This document shows, piece after piece, positions 11,795 through 24,700 of a stretch of DNA of 32,503 bases (position 1 is its first letter; each line of letters starts with the position of its first letter). Location of the stretch: contig NC_069001.1 in assembly GCF_001194135.2 (NCBI RefSeq), positions 2,077,063-2,109,565 of the forward strand, written 5' to 3'. The position numbers were made by a program, and so were the translations under genes. The notes below the pieces were generated by a model. That model had not been told where the DNA came from. It ran no database searches and worked only from the letters and a program-made list of their open reading frames with translations. This stretch comes from Octopus bimaculoides. Its lineage: Eukaryota.

Positions 11795-11840
11795 ATGACT
11801 TCTGCTGGTCTTTTAGCAGGACGGCTCGCCCTTGTCACAG
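11795..11840 (+). CDS. HSD17B8: HSD17B8 exon 1 ([16 protein letters not shown])
   Basis: ATG at 11795 and donor CAG|GTGAAG at 11840/11841. It supplies the VTG that completes TGxxxGIG with exon 2. Confidence 0.85.
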
Positions 11841-12833
11841 GTGAAGTTCCATTAACCTTCACTTCTAATTCATTCATATTATTATTGTTATACAAGCATA
11901 ATTTTCTGAGGGTAATTATATATTTTAGCGGCGTGAAATCTCTTCCATGTCTCTTTTTAGTTTTTTGTTTTCTTTTGTCATGCACGCACAGACCTTCAGC
12001 GTTTTTGTTCCGTTTTCGTTTACAAAGAAATATCTGCAGTATTCTTTTGTTGTTGACTATAAAGCTTACCAGGACATTCAAATACATACATTCTATTAAC
12101 TTTCAATAAATATTGGGTACTACTAAAGCAGCGCGGACCCGAACGCGCAGTCGCGCGTCCGCGCTAGCTAGTCTTGAGTGGTCGATCCTAACCCTAACCC
12201 TAATCCGCGTGTGCAAATGAATACGTGTTTAGGGTTAGGGTTAGGANNNNNNNNNNNNNNNNNNNNNNNNNNNNNNNNNNNNNNNNNNNNNNNNNNNNNN
12301 NNNNNNNNNNNNNNNNNNNNNNNNNNNNNNNNNNNNNNNNNNNNNNNNNNNNNNNNNNNNNNNNNNNNNNNNNNNNNNNNNNNNNNNNNNNNNNNNNNNN
12401 NNNNNNNNNNNNNNNNNNNNNNNNNNNNNNNNNNNNNNNNNNNNNNNNNNNNNNNNNNNNNNNNNNNNNNNNNNNNNNNNNNNNNNNNNNNNNNNNNNNN
12501 NNNNNNNNNNNNNNNNNNNNNNNNNNNNNNNNNNNNNNNNNNNNNNNNNNNNNNNNNNNNNNNNNNNNNNNNNNNNNNNNNNNNNNNNNNNNNNNNNNNN
12601 NNNNNNNNNNNNNNNNNNNNNNNNNNNNNNNNNNNNNNNNNNNNNNNNNNNNNNNNNNNNNNNNNNNNNNNNNNNNNNNNNNNNNNNNNNNNNNNNNNNN
12701 NNNNNNNNNNNNNNNNNNNNNNNNNNNNNNNNNNNNNNNNNNNNNNNNNNNNNNNNNNNNNNNNNNNNNNNNNNNNNNNNNNNNNNNNNNNNNNNNNNNN
12801 NNNNNNNNNNNNNNNNNNNNNNNNNNNNNNNNN

Positions 12834-12875
<42 letters not shown>

Positions 12876-13233
12876 AGTAATCTTCCAGTTTCTAGGGGTT
12901 AAAAAAGTAAATAAATTACAAGGGAAATAACTGAACGTCTTACCAGTATTATCCGTACTACTTTGTTTATAAATAAATCACGTGATTTGATTGACGTTAA
13001 CTGTTTATACGTAAATCACACACGTGATTGAATATCATAGTTTCTTATGAGAAATCGAAAATGCCTCGTGGAAGACCGACTGCACAACATCTTATTTTCC
13101 GTTTTGTAAAAAGAAAAAAACATTTTAAACTTTTAGCCCAGTGAAATGATGTTTACTGCAACGTAAACATCATGAATTCGCTAAATTACGGGAACGTAAA
13201 CATACCAACATGTTGTGAAGCGATGGTAGCGGG

Positions 13234-13293
<60 letters not shown>

Positions 13294-15603
13294 CGATGCT
13301 GTAGTAACCCATGTATATTTACTATTTGCTTGTTCCAATCGAATTACTTGTGTTTATAAAACGTGTCCCGTCGTTACAAGACACGTTGTGTGGGTGTGTT
13401 ATTAATATAATCTACCGAAATAGCGGTGCCTTTAGTTTCGAAATCCGTAATTATACACAATCATTTAATGCCTACGTTTCTTATAGATGTTTCATCTAAT
13501 GTGGAGCTGATGAGAGATCCAAAAAGAAACGTGAGCATTAAATAAAGGGTAAAGACCTCTTTCAGTCACGAATGACCATTTGATTGCACATCCGGAGTTG
13601 AAGTCCGGATAAGGTAGTTTGTGGAAGACCAACAGTCGCCCATGCATACCAGTCTTAGCTCTCCATAAAAAAATTGTCAACAAACACAGATTTCGAAACC
13701 TAAAGTACCGCTAACTATACAGGTAGACTATATTAATAACTCACCGAATGAACAATATTTAGGTACTACTAAAGCAGCGCGGACCCGAACGCGCAGTCGC
13801 GCGTCCGCGCTAGCTAGCCGTGAGTGGTCGATCCTAACCCTAACCCTAAACACGTATTCATTTGCACACGCGGGTTAGGCTTAGGATCGACCACTCAAGA
13901 CTATCTAGCGCGGACGCGCGACTGCGCGTTCAGGTCCGCGCTGCTTTAGTAGTACCGGAATGTTTTAGTCGCTTTTCATACTCAAAATATTATTTAGAAA
14001 TGTTATCTGAGTAAAAAAAAAGAACACGATTTATTGAAGCAAGCTTTAAGAAAATGTCAACAAGGTCATAAAAAACAAAGCAAAAAACGCAACTCAAGCT
14101 GGAGTTTCGGAGGAAGAAAAGGGGCCAGGAATTGGTGGCTTTGTTTTGTTTTCCTTATTTAAAAAAAATTTTTTTTTTTTTTTTTTTTGTTTGTGTTTTT
14201 GCGTTCCGTGCGACAGAAATTACATTCCTGTAAGAATCGTTTCTCTCCTAAAATTAGAATTTTTGTTCCCTAATTCCGTCCCGTTTTCCTTCCTTATGAG
14301 GTAAGGACACTGTCACCACAAAATCCAAGACTTGTTGTTGCATGTCTCACGCGGAGAGCAAGATCCTTGCAAGGTCTCCCATGCTGGGTCAGATCACAGG
14401 ATAAAGGCCAAACTAACAGGGGCCACGTCTTCCTAGGGATTAAAATGGGTTTGTGGTGGTGTAACACCCCTACTTAAGAAAAAGCAAAACTACAGAAGCA
14501 TTGATGACAATTCAAAACTAACAAAAGCTGGGGGGAGGAAGGCCTTGCCCCAGGGATGCCCCCCACCCTTATACTGAGGGAATCAACCTACAACCAAGAG
14601 TTAAGAACAGTGGAATGAATCGCCAATGCTTCAGAGGAAGTGAAGGGTTTAGTCTGGTGTGCAGGGCTGGATTAAGACCCATCGAGGCCCTAAGCACTTT
14701 GCCAGATTTTGAGACCATTAGCAACGTATAATTTTGAGGGAGATTTGGATGCCATTTCTGCAGGTCAAAGTGTCATACGGAGGTTCATAAGTTATCTTGA
14801 TTGTTGTTTTACTCCAAGAACAATACTGATGATAGATTAGACCTATGACCAAGGATGTTTCCATCGCAACCATGTCTCCTTTTTTTTTCTTTGGTAAAAG
14901 AATACAGTCAGATTTGAGGGAATCACTAGCAGATTTGAGCAAACTAAACAGGACCCCACTCCCCACTCATTGGAATGGTGCAGTTGCTGAATGTAGCTTA
15001 GTTGTTTGTGATGGTCAAACTGTAGGAGGCAGTCATTAAAAACAACCCTCCCTCCCTCCACCTCACCCAATTGTATACCTTTCTTCTTTGTGAGAAAATT
15101 GTGACAGCTTAAATCTTATAATCCCTAAAGTTCATTTCCATCCTAATCCTCACTTTATACCATTTTTAATCTTCCAACTGTTCTGTCTTCATTTCTTGCT
15201 GATGCCATCAATGCTTGTCTTCATATTCTTTGTGTCATTAAGACTGTAAAGAACTTGGATTTCTTTAAATAATAATAATAATGACAACACAGATTTGCTC
15301 TCTCAGTGCTTCCAGTCTTAACTGATTGCAGGTGTTATCATGTACATTGTTTTGTCTTGGTATACAAGATGGGCTACAGCAAATATTCTGCTCAATACCA
15401 CAGATTTGCTTGTCAGTTGTTTGACCTTAACCAGTTGAGCATGTCCCTTAATGGATGATGATATGTGCATCTCTGATCATGAGCAGAAGTAGTTGAGGAA
15501 CATCATAACCATGTTTCGAGAAGGATTCTTTGGAGTTTGAATAATTCACCTTTGCAAACATGGGTGTTTTGTCCATAATCTTTAAACAAGTCTTATTTAG
15601 GGA

Positions 15604-15667
<64 letters not shown>

Positions 15668-15961
15668 TATACATACATATATATACACACACGAGCGTGG
15701 CCGTTGCCAGTACCGCCTGACTGGCCTTCGTGCGGGTGACACGTAAAAGCACCCACTACACTCTCTGAGTGGTTGGCGTTAGGAAGGGCATCCAGCTGTA
15801 GAAACTCTACCAAATTAGATTCGAGCCTGGTGTAGCCATCCGGTTTCACCAGTCCTCAGTCAAATCGTCCAACCCATGCTAGCATGGAAAGCGGACGTTA
15901 AACGATGATGATGACATATATATACACATTTATGTATCCACACACATATAAATATATAAAC

Positions 15962-15994
<33 letters not shown>

Positions 15995-18697
15995 GTTGCA
16001 AGCATTATTAATTGCACCAGCAGTAGACGTAAGCATTGACCTTTCTTTCTGAAGCACCCAAATTAACTTGTGCATACAACCATTTTTGAGACATAACATT
16101 ACATGCATGATATTTGGTTAATAAGCTCTGGCGCTCTCCAGTCTTCGTTGGGTTAAGATTTCTAATTATATAATATCGTTCCAACTCAGTGAATTTCAAC
16201 AAATTATTCCAATGAATGCGGCTCACTGTCTCCAGTTTGTAGTCTCGTCATGTGACCCTGTTTTGACATGCACTTGGCTGTTAATATTGTCACGGTTACA
16301 GATGCATTAGTGTGTTGTGTATGCATCTACGTAAAGATTGTTTCATCATTATTTCTGCAAGTACTGGGAAGTCTGTTTTGCTGACACTGCTGTAGAGGAT
16401 GGGAAATGTTAAGACATTTGTACTAGGTGTAGCTGTTTGGTATAGGTGCAGGCATGGTTGTGTGGCCTGAGAAGTTTGCTTCCCGTCTATGTGGTCTTGA
16501 GGATCAGCCTCACTCTGCTGCACCTTGGGCAAGTATCTTCTTCATTAGCCATGAGCTGAGCAAAGCCTTGTGAGTGGATTTGTTTGGTGGAAACTAAAAG
16601 AAACCAGTTATGTATGTATGTACTACTCAGCCATACATACATATATATATACATATATATACTTACATACATACATATATATACACACATATATATATAT
16701 ATGTGCATATGTGTCGATGTACACACACACATAATTACACATATTCTGTCTCATAAAAATATAGAATGTTTATAAGTGTATGTGTGTGTATGTATACATA
16801 TATATAAACAAAGTGTGTGTGTATATACATACATACACACGCATATAAAAGAGAAATATAGGTGAGGGTGTGTCTGTCGTAGTATGTATAGAGTGTCGGC
16901 TACATTGATTATTGACAAAATCTACTTTTGGTAAATGAACTTTGATCAAAACTTAAACCTGGCAATATTATGTTGTCTGGTTTGGTTTTGATATGTTGGA
17001 ACCAGTCTGTATCAAATATATGCAACGAATGCTGTGTTAAGTCATAGCATTTATTAAATACCAGTTTTAGCTTATTTCATTGAAAATGCTGTCGTTTACG
17101 ACAATATGGCTGTACCAGTTTTAATAGCGATGTTTGACTGTGACGCCCAGTCACAAACTTTCAGTTCAAAAGTAAAGTAGATTTTACACACCTTGGGTAG
17201 TGTCTATTTTTTATAGCCCCAGGCCAATTAAAGCTTTGTGAGTGGATTTGGTAGATGGAAACTGAAAGAAGTCTATTTTATGTATATATGTGTGTGTGTG
17301 TGTGTGTGAGAAATTGTATGTTTGTGTCTCCTTGTCTTGACATTGTGTGGTAGTTGTGAATGAGTCTCTGTTTTACAAGCAGTGTTATCTATTTCCAATA
17401 TTCTGTGAGAACATGCCTAGCCTTGGTGGGAGATATTACTTACTAAATATTACTATAATTGTAATAATTAGAAACTGTAGTGAATAGCAGCTCCAGAAGA
17501 GTTTGAGAAATTCCTAATTAAGTGTGGTTTGTAGTTATAACTCGTTAAGTTCTAAGTTTGAGTTTTACTTAACCCATTCATGCCAAAGGTCCATTTAAAC
17601 TGACCCTTAATTTATAAGGGTATAAACCCCTGTGTATCAAAGAATGAAACACGTTCTTAACGAGTATGCAGTCTATATCAAACAGATTTCAATGAAATTT
17701 TTTCCAGTTGTTATTTAGGTCAAAATAATCATATATCTGTGAATTTTCAGGCAATTTCATTCACTTGAAAAATTTTGGCATGAATGGGTTAAGCTAACTT
17801 CATCTCCCGTCCTTCTGGGGTTGGTAAAATATAAACATCAGTCAAAAACTGGGGTTGATTTACTGTTCCTATTCAGAAACCCTAGATATGAATGGAATTA
17901 TAGCTGAAAGCTAACTGTACCCTCTCTCCTTCCAGGATTTATTGCTTTATGCCTATGATAATAACCTTTTTTTTTTCCTTTTGTAAAAACAACAGCAATA
18001 ACAACAACAATAATTCCTATGTCTTAGCCAATGCTATTTTCACCCCCACCCCTAGATCCTTCTAAATATAAATGTAGAGCATTTTTTCTTCTGATTATTT
18101 TATAACTTTGCATACTTCATTCTCAAGACTAGATTTGTTGTCTACAAATGGCTACTAGTGTATGTTACATTCTAGCGTGCATGCATGCAGACACACACAT
18201 GGCCATGTAGTTGAAAAACTTGCTTACCAACTATGAGGCCTTAGATTCAGTCCCACTGTGCAGCACTTTGGGCAAGTGTCTCTACTATAGCCCTAGGCCA
18301 ACCAATACCTTGTGAGTGGATTTTGCAGACAGAAAATGAAAGAAGTACATTACAAACACATGTACACACACACACATGCATATATGGTGGTGATGGTAGT
18401 TTCTCTTGTTTGAGAAAGTTTCCACAATTTCTTGCTGGATGCCCTGCACAGAAGAGTGTGGTGTTGAAGCCCTCATCAAATTGAGTAGAACAAGTTATAA
18501 AATAAGGGTCTTTCTTATGTAGTTTATGAATAGAAAGTTGTGGGGGGAGGGGGGAATGCTACTAATGTCATGTGATCACACAATACACAAATTTGAAAAA
18601 TTTAAGTGAATGTGAGATGGAACATGGCCCCTTAAAATAATATGTATGCACACATACACACACTCATGTACATATGTAATTATATACACATGCACAC

Positions 18698-18734
<37 letters not shown>

Positions 18735-21700
18735 TGTACTTACACATACATACATACATATATGTATGTGTGTGCATCTTAGTCATTTCTCTTTGACGTT
18801 TGGTGACGTAAAATGGCTTTGAGTTTATTTGTATTTTCCTGTAAAGCTTTGCCTCACTCAGCATATTTAAGGAACTTATAAAGCTTCACACACACACTCT
18901 CTCACCTCCTCTCTCTTATTCCCTACTTCTTTCACACACACACTCTCTCACCTCCTCTCTCTTATTCCCTACTTCTTTCACACACACACTCTCTCACCTC
19001 CTCTCTCTTATTCCCTACTTCTTTCACACACACACTCTCTCACCTCCTCTCNNNNNNNNNNNNNNNNNNNNNNNNNNNNNNNNNNNNNNNNNNNNNNNNN
19101 NNNNNNNNNNNNNNNNNNNNNNNNNNNNNNNNNNNNNNNNNNNNNNNNNNNNNNNNNNNNNNNNNNNNNNNNNNNNNNNNNNNNNNNNNNNNNNNNNNNN
19201 NNNNNNNNNNNNNNNNNNNNNNNNNNNNNNNNNNNNNNNNNNNNNNNNNNNNNNNNNNNNNNNNNNNNNNNNNNNNNNNNNNNNNNNNNGCTATCAGTAT
19301 TTTCTTGCCAACTATCTCTCTCTCTCTATATCTATCTATGTATGTGTGTTATACATATATTACATGTGTATCTGCATTGTATGTATGTATATGTGTGTGT
19401 ATATTGTATGTAATGTACTGTTTGCATATATTTGTGTATATAGGAAGGGCATCTGGTGTTAGGAAGGGCATCCAGCTGTAGAAACTCTGCCAAATCAGAC
19501 TGGAGCCTGGTGTTGCCATCCGGTTTCACCAGTCCTCAGTCAAATCGTCCAACCCATGCTAGCATGGAAAGCGGACGTTAAACGATGATGATGATGATGA
19601 TGATGTGTAATGTATGTATGTATATTATGTGTGTGTGTGTGTGTTGTATGTAATGTAATGTTTATATGTATGTTATGCGTATATTGTATGTATGTAATGT
19701 TATGTGTGTGTTTGTTGTATGTAATACAATGTTTGCTCGTATCTATGTGTTTGTTTGTGTGTATAAATTCATTATTTACATCAAAAGTCTGATAAAATTT
19801 GGTTTCCTTTTCTTTCTGTGTCGCCTTCAATTAATCCATAACACGTGGTTACAGATAAGCAGACATACAAGGTTGGAGGGGAGGGGGAAAGAGCACCAAA
19901 ACTTGGAAATTATGTAATTTATACATATATTATTTCTGTACAAGTATAACGCTTCTGTAATTTGTGTGTATATATATATATATACAATTGTGTGTATGTA
20001 TATGTGTGTCTTTAAACAATTATACACACACACACACACACTATGGTACATACAGACATCTACATATGTAATCTACATTTGTGTTATGTGCGTATATTCA
20101 TTCATACATTCATACAGAACTACATCAAATAATAATAACAACAACAACCACGACCAAAGAAACAAACAGGCTGTTTGCTATGTAGGGCATGTAGTTATTG
20201 ACTTTCAAAACCGGCCCAAACTAGCTCATTCTTGTTTATAGTGGAAATACTGTGCTCTGTGTTCATATATGTATATTCACATGTTGCATACATATATACA
20301 CGCATGTCAATACCCATAGTCACACACATACCACACATATACACATATGTGTGTGTGTGTTGTGAATTTCTGACCTGATTCATGTGGCTGATGAGAAAAT
20401 ATTACATTACATATTTTTGAGGTTTTTGCTTTCTTCAAACCAGGGAAGAAGACAGAGAAAAACAAAAAGCGGGGAGGCGTATTTGTAGAGGTTTATTTGC
20501 AAAGGTGGCTTCTATGATCGATAGCCTGTTGTTATTGTTAGTGCTGTTGTTGTCTAACCCCAAGTGAGCCCTGCCTAAAACAGAACGATGATCAAAAGCC
20601 CTTTCTATTTTAGTGTTCTCAGCACAGATAACAGCTATCCAACATGTCCTTTTTTTAAGATGCTAAGGGCAGTGGTTCCCGACCTGTTCACCAACAAGGA
20701 GCTGCCGCCACCTCTCTCATTTCACTTAAATGAGATTTTTCACACATACACCTCTCCGCTCCTTTTTTCTGAAAGGTCTGTCTAGCTCCATAAAATGATA
20801 TTTATTAACGAACTTGTTTTTCCCCAATTCATCTCCCAATTGGAAGATGTGTCTATAAATTGAATATTAATTAAATGTAACTTATCAATCAATATACATG
20901 TTTCGTAGTCAAACACTGCAGACTTTATAATCGAACACAGCTCACTCACTGATTCCAGCTTTGGACTGGCTGTGCTCAAGTGTGGTTTGGAGGGGATTTG
21001 ACTGCTATTTCCAGCAGGCCAAGTGACCACATACAGGCTCCTTTCTATCAGATGCTGTTCATCCTCAATTGAATAGGTCTACGATTAAAAGCATTCCAGC
21101 TGTGACCATCCTGTCTTCTGTCCTACTTGCAGGAAACTCAAGAACACATTATGCAATATGCCTTTCTGTTTTGCAGAAGATGTAATATTTAGGGTGATTT
21201 GGCTGCTATTTCTAGCAAAATGAGCAACCACGTAGAAGCCCTTATATCAAAAAGGTCGAGAAGCACTAACGTAGAGGTGGTATGCTAAGTAAGTGCTGTA
21301 ACGGATTACTAGGGCTCCAAGTTTATAGCTGAGATGGTAGTTATGGAGCCATTGCAGATTTCCGATATATATATATATATATATATGTATGTATAAGTAT
21401 ATATTTGTGTGTGTTGTGTGCAGTTATATTCCATTTCCAGTAACTGATTCGGCTTATTACATATATAAATAAATGTTAAATAAGTTAATATTGTTAACCA
21501 AGTTTAAATTTCGAAGTAAAAAAAGTTGATTTTTTTTTCTTTCTTTTAATACAAAAAAGAAGTTATTTGGTAACATATGTCTAACAAAAAAATAAATATA
21601 ACCCACCAGGTGGGCACAACATTCGGTACTTTACTAATTTAAGATTTCAGATTGAGAGAAATAACCATATCATATTTATTTATTGTTGAAGAGAACATGA

Positions 21701-24700
21701 AATATATAAAAAAAAGAAAAAAGTAATAAGTTTATTATTACATTTTTTGCAAAAAAAAAACTATAATAATTAGGGTTAACTTTGTGAACTTGTAGTTTTG
21801 TATATAAATATTCCTTTGATGTTGACTGTTTATATTTTTCTTGTTCATTGGATTGTCATAGCTTAGGAAAAGAAATAAAGGAAAAAATTCTCATTAACAT
21901 GACAGAGAATATCTTAAGATAGACACAATATGCATTTGTGTGAAAAGGCAGAGACGCGTGAATTAAATATAGTGATTGTTATGGCAGTGAGCACAGTGAG
22001 GTGGTGTGGTTGCCAAGTGGTTAAGTGTGTTGGGATGCATACTCATAGATTGTGAGTTCAAACCCATTGCGTATGCTTCGTTGTATTTTGGGGCAGAACA
22101 TTATATTCTTCATTGTTTCTGTTCAAGGATGTCAAATGTGAGAGACGATTGTCCTGCTGAGGAGGAAATTTATTTCTCCACAGAGAAAAGTCTCTGATGT
22201 TGTAAGCTCTTTTCTGCATTGCCTCTTACTGGTCAATAGGTACCACCTGTCCATTTGGAGAATGTTAGCTATGATAGCTTGGGGCCATGTCCAGAGAGAG
22301 GATTATCCCTACCGTTATGCACTATATTCTGTATTACCTCAGTTCACCCTGGCTGATAACTGGGGGCGACACACTGCATCATGTCGCATTCCTTAAAAAG
22401 GGGCAGCAGCCTTTCTGACTCTGCCAATTACCATCCTGATGGATTCACCAACTGTCAGTCTCACCTTTGTACTCACTCACATTTTCTCATAACATCTTGT
22501 AAAAAGCACTCAGTCCACTCTGCAGGGTGGTTGGTGTTAGGAAGGGCATCCAGCCATAAAAACTGTGCCAAAACACACACAGAAGCCCCGTGCAGTTTCC
22601 TGGCCATGTCAGCTCCTGTCAAACCATCCAACCCATGCCAGCATGGCAAGTAGATGTTAAATGATGATCTCCACTTCACAGTGCCTTAAGCCTCCCCTCA
22701 TAACACCTCCTCCTGCACCTCACAACAGTTCACCTAATTGTTTGCTTTCCTGTTTTCTGCTATCCAGGAGCTGCCAGTGGCATCGGTCGCAGTGTATGCC
22801 AGGTGTTTGCCCGTGAAGGAGCCAAGGTGGCGGCGGTTGATGTCCAAGCATCAGGATTGCAAGAAACACTGAAGCTCTTGAAGTCGTCTTCTCCAGGTAT
22901 TTATTGGACAAATTGAGTTTTGCTAAGTCAAAAATACAAGTTTGGTTCCTAACCACATGATCTGGAGTTCAAGACTGTTGCATGGCACCTTGGGCAAGTG
23001 TCTTCTGTAACGTCTGGCTGACCAAAAGCCTTGGGAGTAAATTTGATTGATGGAAACTGAAAGAAATCTCATATATATATGTGTGTGTTCTTCCTGTCAT
23101 CAACCCTCACCTGTTTCCAAATAAGGCAATATTTCTCCATGGCCAGACATGTTTTTCATGGAAGACTGGAAACGAACAACATCACTTGTATGATGAGGAT
23201 TTTCATTTACAACCATCACATGATGTCTAGACAAGGGCTCACACACCACACAACAGGCTTCTTTCAGTTTCCGTCTACCAAATCCATTCTCAAAGCTTTG
23301 TTCGGCCCAGGATTATAGAAGACATTTGCCCTGAGGACTCCACATCCCACCCCATGATCTTCTCAGGAATACTTTGCTGATAGTGGGGTACTTTCCAGAA
23401 TTTTTCACATTTCATATGATGTAGTACACGCATTTTATTTTTACTGGCCAATAGGAAAAGTTGTGAGAACTGATTTGCATATGATTAGCATTTTACATTT
23501 TCAGGTAAAATTAAGGTAAAGTTTCCTGTCAAAATGAACAGAATCTTCTGGAAATTGGCGAATGAATATTTCTCTTTTTTCTTAATCAATCATAGAAAGG
23601 AGAGACAGTATTCCTGACATTTACAGAAATACTCAACTCTTTACCTCATTTCCTTGGAACTGTGAGATCAATGTGGTATAAAAAATTCTCACCGATATCA
23701 TCACCTGATATTGTTTGTCAACATACAGCATATGGGCTTTATCTTTCTAGGGGACCACCATGCTTTCCCAACTGATATCTCACTGCCCCAGTCTGTAGCA
23801 GAGATGATCGATCAAGTGTCCAAGCAGTTCCAGGATGTTCCAACTGTAGCTGTGAACAGTGCTGGCATCGTCCGTGACAATCTGCTATTACGCAGCACTG
23901 ATGAGGATTTTGATAAAGTTATTGACGTCAATTTAAAGGTTTGTTTCTTTGTATCTGTCTTCTGCTGTGGACGTTTTGAGTAATGGGATGTATGTTTGTT
24001 GTGGAATTGGTGATTGGTTCAAAGCAATGTGAATAGATAAGTTTTCATGTTTAATAGAGTAATTCTGTATGTTAAAAGGGTTAAAGGAGTTCTGTATGAA
24101 GATGGAAGGGTTTCGGGTTGTGTTTTTACACCTGATATTTTTTTTTTTTTATTCTGTTGTCAGGGTACCTACCTGGTGATGAAGGCTGTGGCACAGGTGA
24201 TGATGACTAAGCATGTTGAATGTGGCTCCATCATCAATATTGCAAGCATTGTTGGGAAGGTAAGTAAGGAAACCCCACCCCCTGCCATCTTTGTGATGCG
24301 GGTGGACGGGGGGAGCTGGTTGTTTATTGTGAAGAGCTTTTGCACTCCTTATCTCTGTCAATATTAACTATTAGATGAAAGGCGGTGAGCTGGCAGAATC
24401 GTTAGCACATCAGGTAAAAACGTTTAGTAGCATTTCATCCGTCTTTACATTCTGAGTTCAAATTCCTTTTGGGGCAGTTGAGTACTGGGGTCGATATAAT
24501 CAACTTACTCCCTCCCCTGAGCTTGCAGGCCCTGTGCTAAAATCTGAAAGCAGTATTATAGATGCATCAGATTTTCTTGTCTTATATGTAAGTCTGACAC
24601 CATCATCAACCCCTAGGACATTACGGTCTCAAGTCCTTGGGCTCATAGGGTTGGTTGCCATGGTTATAAGTGACCAAGATCACCTGGAACCATGTGGTTG

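Noticed and set aside
12190-12246. TTAGGG/CCCTAA repeats beside a gap as a telomere or chromosome-fusion scar
   Set aside because: Only 2-3 units per arm, and they are an integral part of the foldback element seen complete at 13762-13956.
14662-14697. Isolated hAT-like termini (CAGGGCTGGATTAAG here; CAGTGGTTCCCGACCT at 20670)
   Set aside because: No partner TIR or TSD found, so no element could be delimited.
16008-16226. [15 protein letters not shown], faintly like a Penelope GIY-YIG C-terminus
   Set aside because: The match is too short and no other PLE motifs are nearby.
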